The notes under the pieces are model-generated. The model was not told where the DNA came from, made no database searches, and worked only from the letters and a program-made list of their open reading frames with translations. A stretch of 64,000 bases of DNA from the IMG/VR virus record IMGVR_UViG_3300025875_000005, positions 32,899 through 96,898 of that record. One strand, written 5' to 3'. Below, piece by piece: positions 1 through 9,500 of this stretch. Made by a program: the position numbers and the translations under genes. The first letter of the stretch is position 1. Each line of letters starts with the position of its first letter. Origin of the DNA: a virus.

Positions 1-355
1 CAAGGGCTGCCAGGACCTTCTCAGCATGGAAGAAAATGTGGGTCGTTACCTTCCCCTGGAACAGGTGTACTTCAGTGCTGATGAAGCCGAGAGCTTCCAG
101 CGTCTCCATGGCTGCCCGTCGTTGCCATTCTCCCAGCCCAGTCTCCTCACACATCTCTTCCCGGCTCTTCGCAAGGCACGGACGCCCATCAACCTCCACC
201 TTCAGCTTGCTAGCCCCAGAGCCCGTAGGAAGGTTCCAGTACACGATCTGGCTAAGGAGAACCCCAGCGGCCACAGAGCCTGAGATCGTCGCGTAGACGG
301 GCGCGTAGGCCACCTTGGTAAGCGAGTCATGGACTGCCTTCAGCATCTTCGACAT
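1..355 (-). CDS. Phage replication-initiator-like winged-helix protein (partial, runs off the left edge)
   Basis: Absent from the ORF track. Manual translation from ATG at 355 gives MSKMLKAVHDSLTKVAYAPVYATISGSVAAGVLLSQIVYW...LAKSREEMCEETGLGEWQRRAAMETLEALGFI, matching the AGxLLSQxxYW / KxxEExxEETGL pattern of phage replisome organisers. Confidence 0.65.
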   Translation of the reverse strand, partial: MSKMLKAVHDSLTKVAYAPVYATISGSVAAGVLLSQIVYWNLPTGSGASKLKVEVDGRPCLAKSREEMCEETGLGEWQRRAAMETLEALGFISTEVHLFQGKVTTHIFFHAEKVLAAL

Positions 356-438
356 TGACGCCCCGTAGACTGCTTGGCCGATTATCAGAGCCCCTTGCTG
401 AGAAGTAGCCAAGGGGCCTACAAATACTTACTCAGTGT

Positions 439-1083
439 TCAGTAGCTGTCGGAGTCTTCGTCTTCTGACGAGTCATCCTCAGAGGAGTCATTCTCGTCAG
501 TGCTCTCGTCATCGTTGTCGTAAAGAGAGGCCAGAATGCCTGAAACAGCCTTCTTTTCGTCATCGTCGAACTTCACATCTAGCGAGAAGAGGTCACAATC
601 GCCAGCCTCGATCTCTTCATCGGGGAGGGGGATATAAGCAGAGATTACGTCCGCGAGGTAGGCGTCATCCTTGACCTTGGCCCCCGCTGAGGCACAGAGA
701 CCCTTCACCCAGTCTCGAAGGTCGGCCATGGTGTTCTGCCGGGTCCACGCCTGAGCAATCTGCTGGGCACTCACGTGAGCGCTCACCTTGAGGAACGGGA
801 AGAAGGTCTTGGAGAGCATGAGGCGCTCCCCACCACCACGAACCTTGAGGGGAGGTGCGAAGGAATCCGGCTCCCCGCCTACCTGGGAAAAGCGGCAAGC
901 CACATGGATGACCGGACCCACCTTGGTCATCCTGGTCTGAAGCTGAACGCACAGATAGAGCTTCGCATCTCCCTTCCCGCCAATGTACGTGTAGTACCGC
1001 CCGGTTCCGGGGATGACTGCCCCCGGCTCCATTGCGTTGAAGTGATTGACGAACTCTTCTGAGGACTTGAATCGATTTGCCAT
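439..1083 (-). CDS. Hypothetical protein with a highly acidic C-terminal tail
   Basis: 214 aa, own promoter (1121-1149) and CCAAGGAGTGG RBS; ends DNDDESTDENDSSEDDSSEDEDSDSY. Confidence 0.7.
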   Translation of the reverse strand: MANRFKSSEEFVNHFNAMEPGAVIPGTGRYYTYIGGKGDAKLYLCVQLQTRMTKVGPVIHVACRFSQVGGEPDSFAPPLKVRGGGERLMLSKTFFPFLKVSAHVSAQQIAQAWTRQNTMADLRDWVKGLCASAGAKVKDDAYLADVISAYIPLPDEEIEAGDCDLFSLDVKFDDDEKKAVSGILASLYDNDDESTDENDSSEDDSSEDEDSDSY

Positions 1084-1145
1084 GGGCCCACTCCTTGGGT
1101 GACTGCGTTGATGAATCTGGTTCTACACCTTCCGGATAGAGTTTG

Positions 1146-2327
1146 TCAAGCCCATCCGTTTTTCTTGATTTCGTTGTAGACCACCTCAGCAACCTCAGAA
1201 TGGGACACCCGACCATCCGCTTTGGTGTTGACGCATCCGGCAACTGATTGCGCCAGGACGCTCAGCACCTTGACCGTGGGCTCATCTCCCATGACCGAGG
1301 TGTAGACCTTGTGGGCAAAGAGCTTGGCGCTAATCATCTCCAGCTGGGGAATCTGGAAGACGGCATCTACCCGTCCCTTGCGGTAAAGCTCTGGGGGGAT
1401 GGCGCTCTTGTCGTTGGTCGTCATGACCACGAAGACCCGAGACTGATGCTCTGCGAGCCACCAGAGAAGCTGGGAGAGGATGCGAGAGGTCGTGCCCCCA
1501 CCATCGCTGCCCCCGCTGAAGATCTTCTCCACCTCATCAATGAGGAGGACGCATGGTGACTCTCGGTCTACCAGGGAGAGGATCTTGGCAATCTTTCCCT
1601 CAGAGACTCCGATGTATTTGTCCAGGCTGCTAGAGACATCCATCCGGTAGAGGGGAACCCCAAGCTCATTGGCGATGGCCTTCGCACCCATAGACTTGCC
1701 TACTCCAGGAGGGCCCTCAAGCATCACGCCACGTGGAACAAGCTTGGCGTGGACTGCCTTGTGGAAGAAGCTCTTGTTGAGGTCCATCCATGCCTTGAAC
1801 TTGTCCGGCCACACGTAGAAGTCATAGGAGGTGTCTTCCAGGTGAAGGCCCTGGGAGCTTCCATAGAGGCTTGAGCGGGTGCGACGGACTTCCATGGGGA
1901 GGGCGTTGCCCGCCCGTGCCTCAGTCAGCATCAGGATTTCCTGGACTGCCTTGATGGAGAGACCCCTCAAGACAAGTGCCAGAGCGGGAATGTCTGCCGG
2001 AGGGATAACCTCCTCCAGGGTAGCAATCAGGAGGGGCTCAGGGATGGGCAGGACCCCGGCGTCAAAGATGAGGTCACTTCTCTCGGAGGCGTTCACACAG
2101 ACCAGCACTCCATTGGTCTCACGAAGGTGGACGTAGAGGTCGGGGGTTACAGTCTCTTCTTCCTGGGTCCAGTAGAGGAATCCTCCGATGGGGTTCTTCT
2201 GTGCCTTGGGAAGCCGGATGACCTTCTTCCCCCCGTTGTAGTGCGCAAGCACTGACTCCAGATTCACTAGATCATCGGTGGAGACCCCGATAATCGGCAT
2301 TCGCGCCTTCAGCGCTAACTCGAACAT
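1146..2327 (-). CDS. AAA+ ATPase (Ycf46-like)
   Basis: Walker A GPPGVGKS, Walker B LLIDEVEK, TTN sensor and PPELYRKGRVD SRH. Start moved to ATG 2327, behind a GGAGTGGG RBS. Confidence 0.85.
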   Translation of the reverse strand: MFELALKARMPIIGVSTDDLVNLESVLAHYNGGKKVIRLPKAQKNPIGGFLYWTQEEETVTPDLYVHLRETNGVLVCVNASERSDLIFDAGVLPIPEPLLIATLEEVIPPADIPALALVLRGLSIKAVQEILMLTEARAGNALPMEVRRTRSSLYGSSQGLHLEDTSYDFYVWPDKFKAWMDLNKSFFHKAVHAKLVPRGVMLEGPPGVGKSMGAKAIANELGVPLYRMDVSSSLDKYIGVSEGKIAKILSLVDRESPCVLLIDEVEKIFSGGSDGGGTTSRILSQLLWWLAEHQSRVFVVMTTNDKSAIPPELYRKGRVDAVFQIPQLEMISAKLFAHKVYTSVMGDEPTVKVLSVLAQSVAGCVNTKADGRVSHSEVAEVVYNEIKKNGWA

Positions 2328-2404
2328 GCACCCACTCCATTGATTGACGAACTGGAGTGAAGGTACATGCCTCCGCAACTGATTGCAAGGATGCCGCTAC
2401 CCTT

Positions 2405-2812
2405 TTACGGGTTGGAGGGCCGCGCCGTGACCACCAGCGTCCGCTTCTCCACTGCCGTCTTAAGCTCGTTGATGGCGTTCACAATCTGATTCACGTCCCT
2501 GTCCGTCCGGATGGCCATGATGTGGGTCGTGTCGATCTTCGACTCCATCTGTCCCATCTTCTCCTGTAGGGCCTTCTTACCCTCGTTAGCCTCCGTGACA
2601 TGCATCTTGAGAAGCTCTTGAGTGAAGTCCGCTCGGTTACGCGAATCGACGTGAGCGGTCACTGCCCCAACGAGGGCGCTGGCTATTGCCAGGAAGAGTC
2701 CCAGATCTTTGAACGATACGTTCATGGTGAACCCCTGGGCCCATTGTGATAGAGCCAACAGCGGAACTTTACCCGACTTGCGATTCAATTCCAAAGTTGC
2801 CATAGCTGTCAC
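2405..2812 (-). CDS. Small membrane protein with coiled coil (possible holin or lysis accessory)
   Basis: One hydrophobic segment LGLFLAIASALVGAV followed by a coiled coil; last gene of the tail operon. Confidence 0.45.
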   Translation of the reverse strand: MTAMATLELNRKSGKVPLLALSQWAQGFTMNVSFKDLGLFLAIASALVGAVTAHVDSRNRADFTQELLKMHVTEANEGKKALQEKMGQMESKIDTTHIMAIRTDRDVNQIVNAINELKTAVEKRTLVVTARPSNP

Positions 2813-3366
2813 CCACTGAGTCCCATTGCTTCCTCGAAGGTAATCGCGAGGATGAAGTCACGGAAGGCCTCCCAGCTGTCAGAGGGGATGAGCTTCTTAT
2901 CGAGAGCATTGGTAATCCACTCTCGAATGAGACCGTCCCCGCGCTGGATGAGCCAAGGCCTCCCAGACCGAACCTGAAGCCCTTCATCGTTGATGATGGG
3001 TGAGGCCCGGAACTCCAGCATCTTCGTCTCGAACTCTGACACCACCTGCTCGAAGCTCGCTGACTTGTGGCTCTGAAGCCACTGGAGCATATAGACCTTG
3101 CCCGCGTAGCGCTCATCAAAGGCAGCCTTCTCCACGCTGGAGAACTTGCCCCAGTCATCCGACGCCACGCTGCCCGAATCCTCCAGCTTGCGAAGCTCAG
3201 TCTCAAGCTCCTGCTTCTGCATGGTCGAGTCTTGGTTTACTCGGGAGAGACTGGATGCAAGGACAGTTGAGGCACTGATCTGCCCATTGATGCGAGCAAT
3301 CTGGGTCCGGAGGTCGCGGATGCGCGCCTCCTTGGCATTCACTGCGTAGATTTCGTCAGGGGTCAT
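2809..3366 (-). CDS. Hypothetical protein (possible tail-fibre chaperone)
   Basis: 185 aa directly after the tail fibre gene, with an AAGGAG RBS. Confidence 0.6.
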   Translation of the reverse strand: MTPDEIYAVNAKEARIRDLRTQIARINGQISASTVLASSLSRVNQDSTMQKQELETELRKLEDSGSVASDDWGKFSSVEKAAFDERYAGKVYMLQWLQSHKSASFEQVVSEFETKMLEFRASPIINDEGLQVRSGRPWLIQRGDGLIREWITNALDKKLIPSDSWEAFRDFILAITFEEAMGLSG

Positions 3367-3376
3367 GAGCTACTCC

Positions 3377-6300
3377 TTAGGTGCGGGGCTTCAGATTGTG
3401 GGACAGGATGCCCTTGTTCATATAGGTATGGGCACCAGGGACAGTGATTTTCATCACAGGGCCTCTGTCCAAGGGAGCGACTCGGAGCACCGTACCGGGG
3501 GTGAGACCAGCAAGGCTGTCTCCCGCGCGAAGGTCTTCCATCTTGGACCACCCGCCATGGGCAACCAGGAACAGGTGATTCTTGGCCGCCGTGATGACCC
3601 GACCATCCGTGAGCAACAGGCGTGACCGGTCGTTCTCATGGAGGCCTGAATAGGTCACGGTATGGGCACCCTTCTCCCCCGTGGTCTCGTGCATGGTGTA
3701 GACCTTCATGCCTTTGCGCACGTCTCCAGCTGCGATCTCTTCTCCATTGGAGAGAAGGATGGGCTCCCAGGGAGCAAGGCAGATGCCCGGGTCACCTGAC
3801 CCGCCACCCGTTGAACCACCCGGGACGCCACCAAATCGTCCGGCGTTACCCTGGGGGAAGTCAACGTAGTGACCGCTGGTGCAAAGGAACCACTTGGTGT
3901 CGCTGACCCCGTAAACGTTCATGACGTTCACGCGCATGTCCCAGAACTGGGCGCTGCCCCCTGCAAAGGCAGAGCGCACCTGCAATCCAAGGTACGTGTA
4001 TTGGAAGGTGTGGTTGGTGACGTTCCAGCCAAAGCCTTCCGGCTCAAAGTACGTCCGATCATTCAACGGAAGAAAGTAATCGTACTGGGCGATGTACTGG
4101 CTTGTGGCTCCGTTACCCAGGTAGAGCACGATATGGGCATGGCGTAGCCCGTCCAAGTTGTCATTCAACTGGACAGGAACGACGTTGAGCCTCCAAGTGC
4201 AGACGCTCATGGAAGGAGCGCTGCTCAGGAACTGAGCCGTGGATTGAATCCTGATTTGGGCAAGGTTGGGGGCCCCGCCTCGAATCCCAGGATCGTTGTT
4301 CCCCCGGTAGAAGACTCGGTTGCTTGCCCCGGGCCCGCCGAGTGCCTGGATGACCCGAAACCAGGGGTCCGTCATGATGAAGCTGCCAACCTGGAGATTG
4401 CTGGAGGCAACCTTCAAGGAAGTCCCTTGATGGTCAAGCTTGGCCCCTGCCATGGGGTTTCCAAAGCCATCCTCGTAATAGTTGGTCGTCTGAAGGGTGT
4501 TGGCCGCCAGAAGGTCAAAGGTGACCATCTTCCTCAGCTGCATCGCATCCAGCCAGACGTAGAGGCCAGCGTTGCTGCTCTGGTTGGTTGCCCGGAACGA
4601 CACCCGCACGAACACCGCGCTTCCGGGAGCCGTGGGCTTGAGGGTTCTCTCTGCGTAACCGGTACCGCTGGTCACAGCTACTGAGGGCTCGGTAAGGAGA
4701 GCCTTGTCTTTGTCGTAGAAGGAAACCACGAAGTAATTCGTGTAGTTCATCCCAGAACTGGACTTGGACCACCCTGCGAAGAAGTATTGCTGCCCCGGAA
4801 CCGTCTCAATGTAGTCCGTGAGGGGGACATCGATGATGGAACCCGTGAGGCCAGAGACCGGGACCCTTCGGCACCAGTTGCCCTCCTTGGAGTTGGTGGG
4901 ATCGTTGCTCAGGTACGCACCCTCAGGGAGGGTCCCGAGAGCAGACTGACCCGCCTCGCAGTAGCCATTGGGGATGAGGTTCTCAGCGGGGGGTACCAGG
5001 AACCTGGAAGTGCTGAGGCTTTTCTCTCGCACGTCTGCGTTACCAACAGTGTCCGTGCCCTTCTGGAAGTTGTTCTTGCTGGCGAACCGGGTCGTGATCT
5101 TCGCGATGCCCGACTCACAGCGAACCTTTGCAACGATGCAATCGTTGACGTTGGACGTGAAGGGCTGGTCAAACGGGAAGTTGACTCCGTTGGAGTAGTA
5201 CCAGCCTCCAGACCGGAACTGGACTGCCACGAAATACTTGTAGGCAATGGAGGGGAGTCCGGAGAATCGACCCGAGGAACTGCCCACGAACATGATGTAG
5301 CACTCGGAACCATTGAGGTCCGAGGTGTTGAAGGGCGTCCGGGTCATCACGCCACTGGGGCTGATGTAGCTCGTACCAGCGGGGGTGACGAAGGTACCAG
5401 AGCCCCAGCTGAGGTCTTGTCCGGCAGTCTCCGTGAGGTCGTTGGGCCAGTTACCACCCTGAGCCACGTTGGTCAGGAGCGCCTTGTCCTCTTCAGCCGC
5501 GAAGTTGAGGAAGGCGTTGGTGTTGTCCACGTACCAGCTGCCCGTAGAGTAGTCGCCTACCTCAAGGAAGATCTGGCAGAAGAGCGCATTGGCGGGAGCG
5601 ACCATGGACCCGTAGGAAGGCTCGTAGCCGCTCCCTGGGAAGACCTTGTTGCCGTAAGAGGAGGAGATTACCCCCCCGGTGCTGTTGAGCCACCTGATGC
5701 CCATGCGGGCGTAGCCATTGCCACTGGTCGCTCGAAGGTACCCACGGATGGTGACTGCCTGCCCCATGGCCACAGGGGTGACAGCTGAGTTGACCAGCAC
5801 ATCCAGGGCAGGGCCGCCGCTCTTGCGAGCTACCCACTCCCCAGACATGGCATTGTCATCCTTGATGATGGTCCAGCCCGTGGTGGAGGGCTTGATCCAC
5901 TTGGTGTCCCCCGCCTCGAACTTCGGATTGCTGATGGGGGTAGCGGTCACCTCGGTCGAGACATCCGCACCATCGGCCACAGCCTTGGCTTTGACCCATC
6001 CGATTCCGGTGTTGGTCGTGGCGCTTACCCAGGCAGAGACTCCACCCCGGTAGTTCACTGCCCGGACTCGGTACCAGTAGACTCGACCATCCGTCACAGC
6101 GTCGTGGTGGGAGGTTCCCTTGGTTCTGCCGATAGGAGCATAAGCCCCAGGGGTCGTACCAGTTGCAGAGGTCGCATTGGAGTTGGGAGCCCGCTCAACC
6201 TCGAACTCCACCCCGGAAGGGATGGCTTCTGTGATGGTCCAGGAGATATCCACCCCATCAGCCACTCCCAGGATGCGGGGTTGGTCGGGGGTGATGAGAA

Positions 6301-6517
6301 CAATGGCTGCCCCATTGAGAGTGTAGACCTGGGAAGCCCAGACCGAACTCATACCCGTAGTCGTCACACTTCGGGCTTCAACGATGTACTGCTGCCCAGC
6401 GACAACTCCCTTCTTCAGAGAAAGGGAAGACGCATTGGGAGCCACTCGCACGTACTCCCAAGCACCACCATTTCCTGAGAGACGGTATCGGATTTCGATG
6501 TAGGCAATCGCAGACAT
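3377..6517 (-). CDS. Tail fibre / host-specificity protein: FN3-like N-terminus, CBM-like jelly-roll domains, C-terminal Hint domain
   Basis: YWYRVRAVN FN3 motif, NPKFE and NLIPNG CBM-type starts, Gly linker, then CLAPWEPILL...ILSHN. Confidence 0.75.
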   Translation of the reverse strand: MSAIAYIEIRYRLSGNGGAWEYVRVAPNASSLSLKKGVVAGQQYIVEARSVTTTGMSSVWASQVYTLNGAAIVLITPDQPRILGVADGVDISWTITEAIPSGVEFEVERAPNSNATSATGTTPGAYAPIGRTKGTSHHDAVTDGRVYWYRVRAVNYRGGVSAWVSATTNTGIGWVKAKAVADGADVSTEVTATPISNPKFEAGDTKWIKPSTTGWTIIKDDNAMSGEWVARKSGGPALDVLVNSAVTPVAMGQAVTIRGYLRATSGNGYARMGIRWLNSTGGVISSSYGNKVFPGSGYEPSYGSMVAPANALFCQIFLEVGDYSTGSWYVDNTNAFLNFAAEEDKALLTNVAQGGNWPNDLTETAGQDLSWGSGTFVTPAGTSYISPSGVMTRTPFNTSDLNGSECYIMFVGSSSGRFSGLPSIAYKYFVAVQFRSGGWYYSNGVNFPFDQPFTSNVNDCIVAKVRCESGIAKITTRFASKNNFQKGTDTVGNADVREKSLSTSRFLVPPAENLIPNGYCEAGQSALGTLPEGAYLSNDPTNSKEGNWCRRVPVSGLTGSIIDVPLTDYIETVPGQQYFFAGWSKSSSGMNYTNYFVVSFYDKDKALLTEPSVAVTSGTGYAERTLKPTAPGSAVFVRVSFRATNQSSNAGLYVWLDAMQLRKMVTFDLLAANTLQTTNYYEDGFGNPMAGAKLDHQGTSLKVASSNLQVGSFIMTDPWFRVIQALGGPGASNRVFYRGNNDPGIRGGAPNLAQIRIQSTAQFLSSAPSMSVCTWRLNVVPVQLNDNLDGLRHAHIVLYLGNGATSQYIAQYDYFLPLNDRTYFEPEGFGWNVTNHTFQYTYLGLQVRSAFAGGSAQFWDMRVNVMNVYGVSDTKWFLCTSGHYVDFPQGNAGRFGGVPGGSTGGGSGDPGICLAPWEPILLSNGEEIAAGDVRKGMKVYTMHETTGEKGAHTVTYSGLHENDRSRLLLTDGRVITAAKNHLFLVAHGGWSKMEDLRAGDSLAGLTPGTVLRVAPLDRGPVMKITVPGAHTYMNKGILSHNLKPRT

Positions 6518-6527
6518 CCACTACTCC

Positions 6528-9500
6528 TTAGGGCATCATATCTCTGCCGGTTTTACGATCCGCGATGATTCGGGTGCGTTCCTGGAACGTGATTGGGATG
6601 CGCGGAGAACTCGTTCCCCCGTCATCCACCTCATCCGGGACTTCCGTCCGCAAGCCTATCACGAGCATCGGGGGTTCAGGAGGGGTCTCCCATATCTTCC
6701 CGGTAATCTCGCTCACAAAGGGAGGGATGGGGCCCGAGTCAGCATCATGCACAGCGGGCGCTGCATCCACTGCCGTGATGGTGGCAGTCATATCCGAGCC
6801 CGGGGCAATCTTCGTGATGATGAGGCTGACGGACTCTTGACCCGCCTCTCCGAACATCACAAGGTCGTTAATCTCCGTGTCGATGGGCGCGGAGAGGCTC
6901 CAGGTGTACTGGTCAGGGATCGGCTCCACTTCTTGGGAGAGGTTCTTAAGCTCTGCAAGTGAGGCCTGCTCGGGGTAGTAGTAGACGCCCTTAATCCACC
7001 CGGAGAAGTTGCGATTGCTGAACTTGGAGCCACCGATGGTGAGGTCTCCCCAGGCTGCCCGCTGGTAGGTCGCTGACCCCGAGACCACCCCATTGATAGC
7101 CAGTGCCATGGTCGTAGCCCCGAAGCCGATGGCCGCCTTGTAGGGCTTGTAAAGCTGGAGGGCACCCAGGTTGGGTTTGCAATCAGTTGCGCTCCTACCG
7201 CTGAGGGCGTAGCCGTTCACTCCGTCATCGGTCACCTTCAACTCCAGGGACCAATCCTCTGTAGGGCTGCTCAAGGTAAGGACTGGCTTCTCTGCTGCGA
7301 AGCCTGCCGGTACCCAGTCAACCAGGATGGTGCCCTCAGAGAAGTCTTGCCCGGAAGCGGTCTCAGAGAAGGAGAAGAGATCCGTGGGGCGGGTGACATG
7401 GGCAATCGTGGTGTTGATGAGAGAGGTCATGAACTGACCGTTCTCCAGCTGCACACCCCAGAGCCCAAAGGAGAAGTCCGTGGTGAAGGTTTCAGGGAAC
7501 TCTCCCTGCCAGTTGCCACTTCCCGAGGCGAAGTTAGGACCCTGCTGCATACCGATGGCCATCAGGGTAGGCGCTGTCTCGGTGTTGAAAGAGATTCGAA
7601 TGCGGTACCACCCAAGGCCCGCTTCCTCGAAGGCCCCGTCCAGGAAGGTCATTCCGTTACCCGTCACCTTACTGGTGATGGTCTGGGCGTACATATCGAT
7701 GACGGTCGCGAAGTAACTCGAACCGGTACTGATCTCAGCGTTGAAGTATCGGCCCTTCCGATTCTTCAGGTAGAAGCTCAAGGTCTTGTTGCCCGTACCC
7801 ACGCCGGTCAACTCATTCACACACTGGAAGCTGCCCATGGCGATAGGGTCAGGGGCAACCAGAGTCCCCGTCTTCATGTGGTCGGGGGCATCCAGGGTGA
7901 GGTCCAGCATGTCCACGTCCTGTGCAGACCATGCGGTATCGATAGGATTCGACCACCGGACGAAGTTGGTGGCAGAGGGCTCCATGAGGAGACCCAGGAA
8001 CCGCCCATCCATGGAGTAGTCGTACCGGGGTTCGTGGGGAGCCGCGAGCTTCAGCTGGCCATGGGTATCCCGGTAGTAAGCGTAGGCATTGCGGGAGAAC
8101 GTGCCCCCAGACCGGCTGATGAAATTCTTGGACTGGATGGGGACCACCGTGCTCGTACCATTGGAGCGTCGGATACGGGCGTTCTTCGGGGCCAGCGAGA
8201 GGATGTCGATTTCCTCATCCACCTTCAGGACAGGAGGGGTTGCAGAGGTCGTGTCATGGGTGATGCGCCCATAGCCACTGCCCCACCTGGGAACGTCGTG
8301 AGCGACCTTCACGAGGTCTCCACGCTGGCAGACCAGATGCTCCATATCCGTCTTCCAGACGTACTCATTCTGGCGAAGGCGAGCATTGGCCATGTGGTAG
8401 CGGGCGAGCCTCCAAGCAGCATGGGGATGGGTGACGCCGCGTAACTCCAGGGTCTCCAGCTTCGTGGCCGTGGCCACCGTGTAGCCGTCATCCGCCACGA
8501 GCATCTCGTCCTGCTGCCAGTTAGCATCCGGGTTGATGAACCGGACTCGGAGACCATGGATGGTGTCTGCGAAGCCTCGGGACCCGCCAAAATCCCAGCT
8601 GTTTCGGGGGGTGAAGTGCTGTACCGGCACGGTTTGCGGCTTGTCCTGAACGACGCTGTAGAGCCCATCCTTGACCGCGAAGGTGGCTCGGCCTGCCGCA
8701 CAGATATCTGCAATCAGTTGCGCTAGCGTGGTCTCCCCATCTACTACCGTGCTGTAGCCAAAACCCTTGGCCGTACAGAAGTTTGCCCAGTTGAGAATGG
8801 CGTCGAAATCAATGCGATTCGGCTCCAAGAGCCGAGCATTGGCAGGGCACTCCGTCAGGAGCCAGTAGAGAATCCATGCGGGATTGGTGCTGGCCTGACG
8901 AATGAAAGTAGTGCCATTCCAGACCGGGATGATCTGCTTGAGACGGCAGCTGAACTGTCCCAGGCTCCCGTTGACCTGCTCGGAAGCCCTCACCTTCATG
9001 GCGAACTTGGTCGTGGAAGTGAGGCTGGGCTTTGAACGCTTGAAGTAGCGTGCGCTCACAAGGATGAGGTCATCTACGCGAGCGCCCTGCAAGCTATCGA
9101 CGTTGAAGATACCCCCACGATTGATAACCCTCACCTCGTAGATACCGGGGGTAGGGAAATTCCAGTTGATAGCTGACCGACGAGCCCCACGATTCTTGCT
9201 GATCGTGTTCATCTGGTTGAAAGAGGTCCACTGGACCGTCACATCCCCAGTGAGATTGGCGTAAGCCGTCATCTCCAACCGTGGATTGAGCCACGCGGAA
9301 TCCCCTACTCTCCGGTAGTGGATTTCGAGAATGTTGCCGGTCTCAATCATTTTATTGTCTGAAGTAAGAGCGAACAAACCGCTTGGCCAGGAGAACTCCA
9401 GGGCCAGACCGCTTGTATCAATAGCGGTCGTGATAATCGTTGTAGTCAGGATTCTGACGAGAGCGTTATCCGGCTGGGCAGGGTTTTGCGTGGGAGTGAT

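Noticed and set aside
2344-2370. Plus-strand TTGACGAAC as a promoter copy
   Set aside because: No correctly spaced -10 element and no credible downstream plus-strand gene.
3395-3781. Canonical splicing intein
   Set aside because: The +1 residue is Leu, the C-extein is 5 aa, and there is no endonuclease domain.
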